Positions 20,001 through 29,113 of a DNA stretch of 64,000 nucleotides are shown piece by piece. This DNA comes from a virus. Under the pieces are notes generated by a model that was given only the letters and a program-made list of their open reading frames with translations, was not told the DNA's origin and did no database searches. The DNA is taken from IMG/VR virus record IMGVR_UViG_3300045988_122711. One strand, given 5' to 3'. Position numbers and translations under genes: made by a program. Positions within the stretch are counted from its first letter, which is position 1, and each line of letters starts with the position of its first letter.

Positions 20001-20459
20001 GTCTATGCCGGCACGTTTCTTATCATGCAAGCCGTATCTATGCTTCTTGCCGGATGGCGTGATGATGATGAAAACGAAGAAAGTTGGCTTACTCAATTTG
20101 GATCCTATGTCGGATTCAGAACCATAAACGAAATAGCTTCACAGATGCCGTTTATTATGGAGCTTAACGTGGTAGATATCATTAACGATCCGTTTGTTAT
20201 GGGGCGAAAACTGAAGGATCTTACCGATCTTAGGAATTATTCACTTGATAAAGTAACATCCGGTACATACAAGGGAGAGTCTAAGTTATTTAGGCAACTC
20301 GCCAAACAGACGTTTATCAAACAATGGTATAACATCAAGACGCCGGAAGACGTAGCGCGCGCCTATAATTGGTGGCAGCAGACGAACAACAAGTCAATGA
20401 TGTTCTTCATCGGCGCTACTCCTGATTCGGAAGGAGACGATGATGTTAGCTACAAGTAG
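14013..20459 (+). CDS. giant 2148-aa protein: candidate tape-measure / ejection / internal virion protein
   Basis: single uninterrupted 6.4-kb ORF, long predicted coiled-coil stretches, C-terminal hydrophobic TM-like segments; no catalytic motif recognised. Confidence 0.6.
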   Translation: MTSTCIIKRDNKKKVVSVSTRSGDRSMLFDKIASVPLMENRERATTVFKTVFSNKFLKAFGDWRKRVPINKQAYNKVKSNIDLIPEAYRERVLDKASKMSNPVLVSKSDATYGIQESGFGFYSQDLGDNIMLVDAMIPSSISVPEEPGIDAGQYLQDAIFSDFTPVSVVQDKGVNYMVIKDGLKIFSPEELPETDSNPVGVTYQTGEPRLFFMNDRSQLFEDYGEALRSGGNDIRIGFLSGTVQESTVDGVADITYKAGKYVLNNPKSFIPVMTASASTSLSTKGGIINYLIKKGLLSGSKIFDPETRSYYLTGEGHTGQIRLFNSALSYTELRNHFGSDVSMNDQGMITISSLDNSKVTMRLATGGTERISREQIKNDLKSGRYNELDAKYDHFDALVVSFILEDNDLYADTKAKIVSDYSRQERDQRNSIVEILKTLGVSVIGMTDYIEKYQTKYGHEPSAKALADIANNVIAVGEDATLSDLVEETAHFLVEAYRDQNAVEAVLQDVEGTEEWNQYAGQYYNTYGKAYEGAELDNAVRREILGKILAREMQAGTAQAPVEPTSFLGRVRQLFSGIVSWLKSALSTQRQDLNNVIKNIRDLAITDIDKGFDTSLLKDNDFTLYSLSSMNKNKFLESKIRSLRKTLRDLRQISSDRAVTTSMTLAQLKTIEDKINKVETEIDKNEMAAAMNSMISTAEAQVRYLSNVVNTILHGDTKDGKLHFNTNDRKNVDIINNQVLPIMNDLRGYIRNRSTEFDEREKQDYTNRINTVIADINGIQSDIKSVQDLDESTLLDKLMNELHVPADKVKRVKEFFDKVQHDVSWISRWFGILEHSSSPFNNALGAMIAKDNYNAMVNAQPAISDFLAYTKKHGFNKSEFEKLLQKVDGKTSNYLRSALDMAKYDRNKKLAQMRAFATAMNIEISEEEINDVVDNNRNYVFKREVVDKDGNTVTENAKFKPSSDRVNTDIFTIEQEKIYTEQMEKWDAENSELEFSESYATRMESIYKKAEEELGHPVSQTTKEYLNALSRQKRILRQPFIDSGGNFDEVDYYKSSNYEEEGLLRKQRKEAASEYIYVGTRRVEKTGDQLKMAKEIQAINEVWRKESNNVTNAVSESFLERLRTIQRESGGEAALKTLMLGGHLSFNDRFWNDVESEQSARTESNNKASYLKMAHDIISSTTSDRDATDVDSIVKDIEKNKAIIKEIIGNNRDVADIGEINEATFTSSERDAFRAASEAIEADYAILIDYAKMVGLEDIDKYLTKSSKAENEVNQSYLNALADSKEVEWKFVQRHTTAKKAKRIQALRDKLFKAADNRYLFTVSETNYLSEKLGISKELDGRDFRNAVNAKMASLFLNNTREEGIEADIKAGIEEANAIVNEFARSQVFSYYKRMAPTGYAAMIDKIGRGEIDVAQMVKDVQNGTSTQDYGMDISYLSFDPARAWVAESEAENSGRNPDYVKDHGYGHRMPKKSLYRDESYFNDFGIKYDADGNEVATKNVEQWNMIQKLKEIKRQSLDLYKEQSPNLYAIPQISKQDIERMEGLGINFKNTVRNFVSDLCLDRVDDSLYGKTRQGEVYDPEDRLRSIPKYYIYELENQDDVSHDFGYSYSMLMMQSSLYNEKQKSIELAQGLEQMLLNKQFEGGKKAEATQAYQMFRDFFNDHYYGIRMNTKKLTVNIGGYTVDLTRIMMAVERFMSVMNLALSPFVAATGALTGHINLIMESAVGQYISKDSLKYASAEFSRLAPSCIAETGDIDRKSKLYVIGERMGIFNIRNRMYGAGYNRAARTLMRSPMYAFMEILNYPLDPQVMIATMDNVRYYKGRFYTFQDFKMEKERNKEQSTIKREWNALKDRTLWSMVDVVDGKVVVKPGSGVTVEEVETQMAITRNQVRSLSQICNGSLNEENRTAASRNWIARFMTAHRGWLVLAAQRLWKRRGFNFQTMQEEEGLSITLKNMIAKTFSLASESGMKNIIDAWNENKDNMNEVEKTNLKRLSVYAGTFLIMQAVSMLLAGWRDDDENEESWLTQFGSYVGFRTINEIASQMPFIMELNVVDIINDPFVMGRKLKDLTDLRNYSLDKVTSGTYKGESKLFRQLAKQTFIKQWYNIKTPEDVARAYNWWQQTNNKSMMFFIGATPDSEGDDDVSYK

Positions 20460-20672
20460 ACGAAGAATATCGGACTTGCATTGTTTTTGTATGATTCCAA
20501 TATGTTATATTAGCATCGTCAAAGAGTAGATTGTACGTTTTTTGTTCTTACTTGAAAGATTATGTAGGTTAATTTTTTTCTGAAATTGTTTTCTTACCGG
20601 TTCTTAGTCAGAGATGATAGGGAACCGGTTTCTTTTATGTTGTCAATTATTGCTATCTTGCAAACAAAAATC

Positions 20673-21290
20673 ATGAGACGAAGATTTCAAATAGGGATGG
20701 GGGTAAATCCCTCGCTTATAATCAATAAAGGCATATACATCCAACATGTAGATGGAGGATTATATACGAAAGAAAATTGGTCTAATAAAGGATATTCCAA
20801 TGATCTATGCAATGGAATAGCTCTTGTAGATAAAGTGTGTTTTGTTATAGCCACCGAATATATTGGCACATTTCGTTGGGGTAAGGATGGAGAAATAGAC
20901 AATATATTTGCACAAAATAGTTCTTATATGGAGACCGTTAAAAAGGATTATTGGGGGCGTGAAAATCAGAATGCGTATCTTGAATATGATACCAGTAATG
21001 AAAATTACGCTTTTAATAAAGCTAATAGCTATTTATTTAAAAATGGTCAAAATGGATATGTAGGTGGCGCCGGAGAGTTTTTTTTGATATCATTGTATGC
21101 GAATGAAATAAACGAATGCCTTTTAATGGTAGGAGGTACGATAATGAGTAATAGAATGTGGACATCCACTCAATCTACACAATTTACCTATTCGTGGTAT
21201 TATGATATAAACATCCAAGGAGATCATTTGAGTACAAGTACAAGGAGTAATCCACGTTATGTCCGTCCTTTTACTGAATTAATTTTATGA
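20673..21290 (+). CDS. MRRRF-start N/Y/W-rich protein (possible carbohydrate-binding/tail accessory)
   Basis: ATGAGACGAAGATTT start homologous to starts at 1053/1669/21295; track ORF begins at upstream TTG 20586. Confidence 0.45.
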   Translation: MRRRFQIGMGVNPSLIINKGIYIQHVDGGLYTKENWSNKGYSNDLCNGIALVDKVCFVIATEYIGTFRWGKDGEIDNIFAQNSSYMETVKKDYWGRENQNAYLEYDTSNENYAFNKANSYLFKNGQNGYVGGAGEFFLISLYANEINECLLMVGGTIMSNRMWTSTQSTQFTYSWYYDINIQGDHLSTSTRSNPRYVRPFTELIL

Positions 21291-21294
21291 AATT

Positions 21295-22032
21295 ATGAGA
21301 AGAAGATATCAAAATAATGCTAAACTATATGAGTATAAGATAGTTAGTAACTGTATAGGGGGGGGGTGTTATGTAAACAATGAACTTATCGGAACTGTCC
21401 CTGATGGTGGTGAGCTTATATACCAATCTTCTAAAAAACGGTTGGATACTGTGTATATTCGAGGAGGTGTTCCAATAGAAGATAGGCAAGAGATCGATAG
21501 TCAGGTTGATACGACAGAGGAATTGCTTGAACAGGATTCGGTGGTTCTTGCTATTGCTTTAACAACCTCTCCTTATTATGGATTTAGAGTAAGTGTGATA
21601 GCACCTGATGAGTTTACGCTAAGAACAACCAATAGGATTAATAGAACCTTTTTAATAACAAGCTTTACTCCACCTGCTGCTATATACGGTGTAAACTTTA
21701 GTGATCCTATTGTCCTTAATTATGATAGTTACCAATATGAGATGCCAGATCTTGTAATTGATGGACCTCATGATAGAATAGTTAGGGCAGATCCTAATTT
21801 TACTTGGGCTATAAGATGTACAGATGCCGACTTTACACCTTTGCCATATCCAGAATCATGGTCTGGCCAAGGTTTAAATTCTATGTTCTTATCAGAAATG
21901 AAACGTCTTACTCCTGGTGATCATCATGTATCATATACAGCTTATATTAATTTGGACTTGATAGATGATGGCGGAAGTAAAGTTCATACTGAATATCTGA
22001 TATTAAAAAAAACACTTAATTTTACGATATGA
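21295..22032 (+). CDS. MRRRY-start hypothetical protein (245 aa)
   Basis: ATGAGAAGAAGATAT start; last gene of plus block. Confidence 0.5.
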   Translation: MRRRYQNNAKLYEYKIVSNCIGGGCYVNNELIGTVPDGGELIYQSSKKRLDTVYIRGGVPIEDRQEIDSQVDTTEELLEQDSVVLAIALTTSPYYGFRVSVIAPDEFTLRTTNRINRTFLITSFTPPAAIYGVNFSDPIVLNYDSYQYEMPDLVIDGPHDRIVRADPNFTWAIRCTDADFTPLPYPESWSGQGLNSMFLSEMKRLTPGDHHVSYTAYINLDLIDDGGSKVHTEYLILKKTLNFTI

Positions 22033-22033
22033 C

Positions 22034-22078
22034 AACAATCCCCAACCGTACGCCTATTGTATGGTTGGGGATTGTTGT
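22034..22078. terminator. bidirectional terminator between convergent blocks
   Basis: CAACAATCCCCAACC / GGTTGGGGATTGTTG perfect 15-bp stem, 15-nt loop. Confidence 0.7.
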
Positions 22079-22121
22079 AGTTACCATCTTTTCTTGTATA
22101 AGCAGAACATGAAATAAGTTT

Positions 22122-22610
22122 CTAAGCATTAACTTCATGACCTCCCCTATCCGTGAAAACTAAACCAATACCTTCTATAATATATCCTACTACAGGGGCT
22201 TTGTCAAATTCCTCCTTCGTAGCCCAAGTAGCATTATCAGGCATCAGATCCTTAAATGCGTCCGAAACATCACCTTGGCACCAGCAGTTATTTGATACAA
22301 CAATGCCTTTCCCTTCGATATTGATATACATCTTTCTTCCACCGCATCCAAGGCTGTTCCATCCGCTCGGTACGTTTTTCACCATAGGCTTAAGCACCCA
22401 GCTTTCACCGTCTATCCTAACCCATCCAGGATCGTCTTTGTGCTTGTCGTACATATTTTGCCAAAAAGAGCATTCGTAGCACCATCCCCTGTCTTCCATG
22501 ACCGTTCTTATCTCACACCTTTCAAATCCATCTGCATCCATCGTGTGCGGAGAATGAGGCTGGTGAGGGGTGCCACATTTTGGACATACGAGTTTCAAAT
22601 TATTTTTCAT
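22122..22610 (-). CDS. hypothetical Cys-rich/zinc-ribbon protein
   Basis: CPKCG...C; first gene of leftward block. Confidence 0.45.
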   Translation of the reverse strand: MKNNLKLVCPKCGTPHQPHSPHTMDADGFERCEIRTVMEDRGWCYECSFWQNMYDKHKDDPGWVRIDGESWVLKPMVKNVPSGWNSLGCGGRKMYINIEGKGIVVSNNCWCQGDVSDAFKDLMPDNATWATKEEFDKAPVVGYIIEGIGLVFTDRGGHEVNA

Positions 22611-22611
22611 A

Positions 22612-22848
22612 TTATTTCACTTTTACGATTTTAATAGAATCTCCTATATTGTATTCCCCTTGGTATCCAACGAATTTTATAAGCCTATTATTATAAAATA
22701 TTGAAATTCTTTCGTCTTCACCATAATACATTATACATCCATCTTCTAAAGGACGTAAATCATATATAACCCATCCGTTATTAACCTGACTATCATCATG
22801 CGAACATGATGATAACACAAGTGCCATCAATAAAACAAAATACCTCAT
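22612..22848 (-). CDS. small lipoprotein
   Basis: MRYFVLLMALVLSSC lipobox-type signal peptide. Confidence 0.5.
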   Translation of the reverse strand: MRYFVLLMALVLSSCSHDDSQVNNGWVIYDLRPLEDGCIMYYGEDERISIFYNNRLIKFVGYQGEYNIGDSIKIVKVK

Positions 22849-22855
22849 GTTATTT

Positions 22856-23047
22856 TCAACATAAAAATTTATAACCTGGTTTTACTGCCTCTGCTTCTTC
22901 TCTCGTATCAAACATTAATGTAGTAGTTGATTCTGTACCTTCACAAATGTAAGATACTTCCACCCACCACCTAAAAATCCCAGAGCCATAATCATCATAG
23001 TACGGCTCAGAAAGAACTTCTTCTACATACCCATCCAAATAATTCAT
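22856..23047 (-). CDS. hypothetical protein
   Basis: ORF in co-directional array. Confidence 0.35.
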   Translation of the reverse strand: MNYLDGYVEEVLSEPYYDDYGSGIFRWWVEVSYICEGTESTTTLMFDTREEAEAVKPGYKFLC

Positions 23048-23766
23048 GATCGCTCCTCCTTATTTTTAGATTCTGATTCTTCGAGTATGCTAATTACCTT
23101 ATCGACAATATCCGAATCAGACATTTTCTCAATAAAAACATCCATTGCCTTAGTTATGTTATTGGCTTCTTTTTCTTCAAGAGCTATTTCTCCACCGGTA
23201 ATAGCATCAGACAATGATGTAGATAAGTGTCTTATCTTATCAATGCTCATAAACGTAAATGGATTACCACCTTGACCTCCACCCATTTCTTTCATGATCT
23301 GATATCCACCTGAGATAAGTCTGCCTGATGTCGTAGCCAAGGAGGATACGATTAGGGACAGTACCGCCGCTTCCGTCCGCTCCTCGGACACACCCCTCGA
23401 CCACACGGCTGCCCTTATAGCGCCGGCCAGGTCGTCTATGTATGGCATGAGGCAATCTTCCATCGCTTGTGTTATATCAGCTATAACCTCACTACGCTCT
23501 TTATTTATGTAGTAGATAGAAGCATTGTACCTCTTTATCTCTTTGTCCATATCATTCAAAAATCGTTTGACATTATGTTTGTACATAGGACCACCCTTAA
23601 TCACTTCCTTCAGCTTAAGAATGTAATTATAAGCCTGGTCGTTTACGAACAACGTCATGGTTTCAACCGTCGAATGAAGCGTGTTGAGGCTGTTAAGAAT
23701 CTTATCGAAATTGTTTATCAAATAAGCTTTTCTGGCTTTTGCTGCATAGTTAATCATCGTATTCAA
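23044..23766 (-). CDS. hypothetical protein
   Basis: ORF, overlapping start/stop with neighbours. Confidence 0.45.
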   Translation of the reverse strand: MNTMINYAAKARKAYLINNFDKILNSLNTLHSTVETMTLFVNDQAYNYILKLKEVIKGGPMYKHNVKRFLNDMDKEIKRYNASIYYINKERSEVIADITQAMEDCLMPYIDDLAGAIRAAVWSRGVSEERTEAAVLSLIVSSLATTSGRLISGGYQIMKEMGGGQGGNPFTFMSIDKIRHLSTSLSDAITGGEIALEEKEANNITKAMDVFIEKMSDSDIVDKVISILEESESKNKEERS

Positions 23767-24292
23767 ATTTTAGATTTTCAAGTTCATGTATTTGTAACTT
23801 AAGAGACTTAATTAAATCCGTTCTCTGTTCCTCTGCATGTTTTAAAGCCTCTTCCTTGCTTTCAAAAGCACAATCCCCTATCTGATAAGGGGTGTAACGA
23901 CCAGGAGTGTCGGCTAATAAAAGACCACCACAATCTTCTATTCTGGCTTTTACCTTTCTTATTTTCCCATCTTTTAGACACATGTCCGTAACCCATACGA
24001 ATTTACCATATAATTTATCATACTCTTCTAATCTCTCTTCTTGCAATTCATACCATTTAGGCTTAGGAAATCTTAATGTGAATTTAACCTCAGTATCTTT
24101 TTCTAAGACATTAATATCGTATGCTTCCGGCCACAGCTCTTTTATGCTGTCTTCGTCTTCGGCATACGCTACAAGTATGAATGAATCATCGGATTCACCA
24201 CTACACCAATATGGATATTTTATAGGCCATTTGACTGGACGGTAGTCGTTATCGCAGTCGGATTTTTTAATGTAAAATCTTGTTCTAATCAT
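23750..24292 (-). CDS. hypothetical protein
   Basis: ORF. Confidence 0.45.
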   Translation of the reverse strand: MIRTRFYIKKSDCDNDYRPVKWPIKYPYWCSGESDDSFILVAYAEDEDSIKELWPEAYDINVLEKDTEVKFTLRFPKPKWYELQEERLEEYDKLYGKFVWVTDMCLKDGKIRKVKARIEDCGGLLLADTPGRYTPYQIGDCAFESKEEALKHAEEQRTDLIKSLKLQIHELENLKFEYDD

Positions 24293-25419
24293 GATTCTTT
24301 TATTCTTTTAAGTATATGTTCAATCACTTTAATAGTCCACCCGTTTCCCAACATCTTGTACTGTTGGGTTTCGCTGCATTCCCATTTATACCAATCTGGT
24401 ACAGTCTGTAACCTGGAGCACTCTGTAGGGGTTAATCTTCTTATTCTGAAATCGCCATGTAATGTTCTCTGTATGATAAAATTGTTTCTATCATATGAAT
24501 TACAAGATAATGTTGGAGCCTTATCTTCATGAAATCCACCTTTGTTAAATCCTCTTGGTATTTGTAAAATAAGATTATCTTTCTGAACTGTTTTAAGACC
24601 AGATTCTCTACATGTAGGTTTTTCTGGATTCCTACCTCTCATTGCTACACAAATAAGATCGTACATGTATTTACCCTTTACGGTAACAGTATTGGATTTT
24701 TCATCTTTTGTTTTAATATTAGCTCCATAATAATTCCCCTTGTCGTGATTTCTTTTCAAGTGAAAAGCTAAATTGTTTAAAACTTTTTCAGATAAGTAAT
24801 ATTTTTCATCTACTTCATATTCAGATATATCACTTATGGTCAAACCCTCGTCTTTAGGCTGAGGGATAATGCCGCCTTGAATATTAGTCCAATAAATACG
24901 TTTCCTGGTTTGAGCGGAAACAAGCGCTGAATTAATATGATTGCCTTTACACCCTATAGCATTATCAAATACCGGCTCCCATTTCTTTCCCATCTTAACG
25001 TTCTCAAGAAGAAACAACACATCGGGATTAGTTTTTCTTACATCATTCAAAATACGGATAAACTCCCAGAATAAGTAAGACTGACCGGAAAACTCAAATC
25101 CTTGTTTTTTTTTTAATTCAAGATACTCATTAAGTGATTTGATTTCTATTCCTTCTACGGTAGACAACCCTTTTCTTTTTCCAGAAAAGGACATATCTGT
25201 ACATGGGCTGCCGGCTAAAATAAGATCTATGTGTCCAAGATCTTCTACATTCAAATCCCTTACATCTCCTACTTGTATAGTATTAGGGAAATTTAATTGC
25301 GTTTGTTTAATAGCAAACTTATCTATTTCTGATGCATAATATACTTCAGGTGTAATCCCTATTTCTTTTAACGCTATTTGACCACATGACATTCCGTCAA
25401 ATAAACTTAACACTCTCAT
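24289..25419 (-). CDS. DNA (cytosine-5)-methyltransferase
   Basis: motif I LFDGMSCG, motif IV GSPCTDMSFSG (PCT variant of PCQ), ENV, QTRKR, GN; start taken at MRVLSLFDG (ATG 25419) rather than upstream 25494. Confidence 0.85.
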   Translation of the reverse strand: MRVLSLFDGMSCGQIALKEIGITPEVYYASEIDKFAIKQTQLNFPNTIQVGDVRDLNVEDLGHIDLILAGSPCTDMSFSGKRKGLSTVEGIEIKSLNEYLELKKKQGFEFSGQSYLFWEFIRILNDVRKTNPDVLFLLENVKMGKKWEPVFDNAIGCKGNHINSALVSAQTRKRIYWTNIQGGIIPQPKDEGLTISDISEYEVDEKYYLSEKVLNNLAFHLKRNHDKGNYYGANIKTKDEKSNTVTVKGKYMYDLICVAMRGRNPEKPTCRESGLKTVQKDNLILQIPRGFNKGGFHEDKAPTLSCNSYDRNNFIIQRTLHGDFRIRRLTPTECSRLQTVPDWYKWECSETQQYKMLGNGWTIKVIEHILKRIKES

Positions 25420-25423
25420 GGCA

Positions 25424-25732
25424 TTATACACATTTTTCAATTTTAATTGATTTTGATGATAGATACATATTCCATGTTCTTCTGCCTCTGTCACCTTTTT
25501 CGTTTTGTTTTTGGATTGTCAAGTACAGATCTCCGTCTTCACATACTTCAACTTTTTTCAAGAAGCCTATCATTTCATCTCCTGTTTCGTGTAAAATACG
25601 GATCTTATCTCCTTCTTTTAATCCATAATTGGAATCAAAATATTCTTTTTTGATTCTATCAATATTGTCTTTATGGTTTTTTATAGCATAAAGCTCTTTT
25701 CTTAATAAATAATTTAGTTGTTCTATTGTCAT
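25424..25732 (-). CDS. hypothetical protein
   Basis: ORF. Confidence 0.4.
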   Translation of the reverse strand: MTIEQLNYLLRKELYAIKNHKDNIDRIKKEYFDSNYGLKEGDKIRILHETGDEMIGFLKKVEVCEDGDLYLTIQKQNEKGDRGRRTWNMYLSSKSIKIEKCV

Positions 25733-26286
25733 TTCTTTTCCTCCTTATTTATTGGTATTAATCCTTTCCCGTGCTTGTCATACCACAGCATAGCTATGCA
25801 GTTCCATGCACATTGTGCAAGATGAAAACATCCTGTATCTGAGTCTATTCTTTCCCCTTTCATGTATTCCATTAGGTGTCTGGCAGCCGCAGCACGATAC
25901 CGTTCAAACCCGTTGTCAAGGTTCTGCCATTTATTGGGTCCGTACTTCTTTGCACCAGCATGATAGACTTTTACAATGTCCTCAATCTCTTCCATTGGAA
26001 GTAAATCCCATCGTAGTTTATCGTCAATGATGTCATTTTTCACCGATTTGTTTTCTCTGGATACTTTGACAGGAATAATACCCATAATGTCCGTTCCTAC
26101 GATAAACGTCTCTCCATTGCAACAAACCTCAGCATATTCATCATCTACCTCTATGTCTGATACTGCCTCCACTATAGCTCCTCTGGCTATTTCTAATTCG
26201 GAACTGATTACATCACTTTCCAACATGCGAAAAATAGATCCTTTTGGATAAAGGATGTTTTTAGTATTATTGTCCATCTTTTCCAT
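25729..26286 (-). CDS. dATP/dGTP diphosphohydrolase-N-domain-like protein (phage nucleotide metabolism)
   Basis: RWDLLP...KYGPNKW...RHL...HLAQCAWN resembles phage dGTP_diPhyd_N family. Confidence 0.4.
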   Translation of the reverse strand: MEKMDNNTKNILYPKGSIFRMLESDVISSELEIARGAIVEAVSDIEVDDEYAEVCCNGETFIVGTDIMGIIPVKVSRENKSVKNDIIDDKLRWDLLPMEEIEDIVKVYHAGAKKYGPNKWQNLDNGFERYRAAAARHLMEYMKGERIDSDTGCFHLAQCAWNCIAMLWYDKHGKGLIPINKEEKK

Positions 26287-26330
26287 TGTTTTATCGTTGT
26301 TTTAATTATTTGATATAATAATATAGTCCA

Positions 26331-26672
26331 TCATTTTTCTTTTGCAAAGCGGTCAAATTCTTCTCCGCTCATGACAATGCGGTTAATGATAATTATGCCG
26401 TTATTGCTATAACTATCATTTTTAACTCCCATGTCATCAAGCTCCTTCTTTAAATCTTCAAATGTAGGGCCTTTCTTGTCTTTAAAAAATAAAGTAGCAT
26501 GCACAACCCTTCCGTTGTTTTGTTTTATTCTTACGGTATAGACATACCCTTTTTCATCTTCATCCTTTTTGTTAATACCATCAAGGATGCTATTTATCAT
26601 ATCCTTGTCCTTACGTGATAGGTTGGATATGGCTATTCTTCCCTTTAATCTAAATATTTCATTTTCGTTCAT
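26331..26672 (-). CDS. hypothetical protein
   Basis: ORF. Confidence 0.4.
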   Translation of the reverse strand: MNENEIFRLKGRIAISNLSRKDKDMINSILDGINKKDEDEKGYVYTVRIKQNNGRVVHATLFFKDKKGPTFEDLKKELDDMGVKNDSYSNNGIIIINRIVMSGEEFDRFAKEK

Positions 26673-26956
26673 GACTTTCTGTTTTTATTGTTTTCAAAAT
26701 ATTGTCTTACGGCTTCTATGGCTTTATCATCATCAAAAGCTTCTTCAAACTCCGTGTAGAACCTATCTCGCTCCATGCAGAATGTGTTTTTTCCTTCCGG
26801 TATAGGACGGAACACAACCACCCTCTCTTCGGCGTGGTTGGTTCCTATTATATTGTTATCCAATATAATGGAATACCTTCTTGAACTTTTGTTGATAACA
26901 ACATCATGTTGAAGACCATACAATTTAAGTATTTCCCTTAATTCATTTGTTTCCAT
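26669..26956 (-). CDS. hypothetical protein
   Basis: ORF. Confidence 0.4.
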   Translation of the reverse strand: METNELREILKLYGLQHDVVINKSSRRYSIILDNNIIGTNHAEERVVVFRPIPEGKNTFCMERDRFYTEFEEAFDDDKAIEAVRQYFENNKNRKS

Positions 26957-27313
26957 TTATATTATTCCTACTAAATTTACTTTTATAGAACCATTTATGG
27001 TTTTAATGCTCCCATCTATGGTTGAAATCACATCATCTAAATCATTTATAATACCTTCCATGTCATCAACCACCTCCTCCATATCAGTTACAGCCTGATC
27101 TGATTCCCAATATCTTTCTGAGTCTTGTAACGATTCTGGTATATTATCTCTCGCCTCAGTCTCTTCGTCTAAAATCATATCAACATCATCTTTGGCTGAA
27201 TTTATGTTGTGCTTCAACTCCGACAACTTTGATTTGATGTATTCAAAATCTGTTTTATACTTATTTACGTTGTTAATAACATCTGATATTTTTTTTCTTC
27301 TCTTGTTGTTCAT
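26957..27313 (-). CDS. hypothetical acidic coiled-coil protein
   Basis: ORF. Confidence 0.4.
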   Translation of the reverse strand: MNNKRRKKISDVINNVNKYKTDFEYIKSKLSELKHNINSAKDDVDMILDEETEARDNIPESLQDSERYWESDQAVTDMEEVVDDMEGIINDLDDVISTIDGSIKTINGSIKVNLVGII

Positions 27314-28731
27314 GCTTTTATCCTATTATAATATTCGATAATCTTTTCTTTTCTGTCTCCTGGTTTTACTGCCATATTCTCAGCCAAGAACCTAAAATAC
27401 GACACCGGTATGTCCTTGAATCTAATTCCTTCATATTTTCCAAACCACATTATTATACTGTCAAGATCGTCTTCTCTCCTACCATCTCCATTCACAGATT
27501 TAAGCGAGGCTGCCCGACGAAGGATCTCGTCTTTGGTAATAATATCACCCATCCTTATATTAGACAGAAGTTGATTGCCGGCAAACATACACCAGCCCTT
27601 AGAAGGGAATTGCTCGATTGTCAGGTCTTCTATCCGACCGAAACGCCTCATGTTGTCGCAGCAATCAACTATCAGCGCCTCTTTCTTGTCAGGATGGATG
27701 CGGACACATCGACCGAGCACTTGGTAATATACTGAATATGAGAAAGTTGGACGTCCAAACATCACACAATCAAGTTCAGGAAAGTCAAATCCGGTAGCAA
27801 GCGTTGAATAATTAAAAACCACCTTCAACTTACCTTCTTTGAAATCGGATATGATTTGTTCTCTTTTCTTTTTGGTTGTTAGCGATGTCACGACACCGGT
27901 TATAGCTCCCATCTTGGCATTCATGAACTCTGATATTCTATTACATGATTCGATAGAATCCATGCAAACCAAAATGGCTTTACGTTCGTTCATAAGTTGA
28001 AGAAGGCGCTTGTAGATAGAGTTGTTTAAGCCGTTTCGTACAATACTTTCTTTAATAGATTCGTTGGTGTATTCAGCCCCGGTGCTGTTTAACATCAGAG
28101 CTGATTCATCAAACGACCATCGTTCGTACTTAAGTGGACACCAAAACCCTTGAGAAGTTAGTTCTTGTATTTGAGTCACATGAACTATTTTCTTGAAGAA
28201 GTTATGCTCGTCTTTCGTCAGCATATTGAGCTTGCTATAGTTTCCTTCCAGCATGGAACTGTAGGTTCGGAGGCGGCAGGGAGTGGCGGTGAAGCCCAGC
28301 ACCTTCGCCTCTGGGAACCCGTTCATAAACTCCATAAATTCAGAACCTTCTTCAGGAGAATATCCTGAATGACATTCGTCTATCAATAAGGTATCTATCC
28401 CTATATCTTTCAACCTTGCTACGTCTTTCTTTATGCTTTTAAGTGTAGCATAAGTCATAGCCGACAGCTCCTTTATACCACATGAAGCAGAATATATAGT
28501 AGGTTTAGAACCGAATGATACGGCCTTTGCATAATTCTGCTCCAGAATCTCTTTTGAGGGCTGTAATACTAATGTCGGTCTATTTATTTCATGTGCTATC
28601 TTGGATATCAGAAGGCTCTTTCCACATCCGCATGGGGCTACGATTATGCCAGGCTTCTTAGATCTTCCTGTAAGAAACTTAAGCCCGGCATCTACTGCTT
28701 CTTTTTGGTAAGGTCTAAGTTCAAAGCCCAT
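27310..28731 (-). CDS. SF2 DEAD/DEAH-box (ResIII-like) DNA helicase
   Basis: Walker A APCGCGKS, DECH box, TATP motif III. Confidence 0.75.
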   Translation of the reverse strand: MGFELRPYQKEAVDAGLKFLTGRSKKPGIIVAPCGCGKSLLISKIAHEINRPTLVLQPSKEILEQNYAKAVSFGSKPTIYSASCGIKELSAMTYATLKSIKKDVARLKDIGIDTLLIDECHSGYSPEEGSEFMEFMNGFPEAKVLGFTATPCRLRTYSSMLEGNYSKLNMLTKDEHNFFKKIVHVTQIQELTSQGFWCPLKYERWSFDESALMLNSTGAEYTNESIKESIVRNGLNNSIYKRLLQLMNERKAILVCMDSIESCNRISEFMNAKMGAITGVVTSLTTKKKREQIISDFKEGKLKVVFNYSTLATGFDFPELDCVMFGRPTFSYSVYYQVLGRCVRIHPDKKEALIVDCCDNMRRFGRIEDLTIEQFPSKGWCMFAGNQLLSNIRMGDIITKDEILRRAASLKSVNGDGRREDDLDSIIMWFGKYEGIRFKDIPVSYFRFLAENMAVKPGDRKEKIIEYYNRIKA

Positions 28732-29107
28732 CGCAATCTATTATATTATTTTTTGAAAGTTCTATTATCGCCTCTTTCAACATCTCCCTTGCTTTATTCT
28801 CATTATCTTCAAACAGGCATACACTGCATGTAGCACCTTTGGAGGGGTAGTCTCTGTAGGCTTCTGCTCTTTCTACAACGTACTCACAACAATAGTCGTG
28901 ACTCATGTCTTTTGCTATACTTATAAAATGATCTTCTCCATCCATCAACACGCAATATTCAGCATCGTTTTCGCATGCAATAACACCTTTGTTTTTTAAA
29001 ATGGATAGCACTTTATTTCCAAAAAGTCCAATATAGACCCATATATCTTTCCCTGCATTTTTGTAAAAAATATCCATTCCTTCTTTGATTGTGACTTTCT
29101 TTTCCAT
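28721..29107 (-). CDS. hypothetical Cys-containing protein
   Basis: ORF. Confidence 0.4.
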   Translation of the reverse strand: MEKKVTIKEGMDIFYKNAGKDIWVYIGLFGNKVLSILKNKGVIACENDAEYCVLMDGEDHFISIAKDMSHDYCCEYVVERAEAYRDYPSKGATCSVCLFEDNENKAREMLKEAIIELSKNNIIDCDGL

Positions 29108-29113
29108 AATCCC

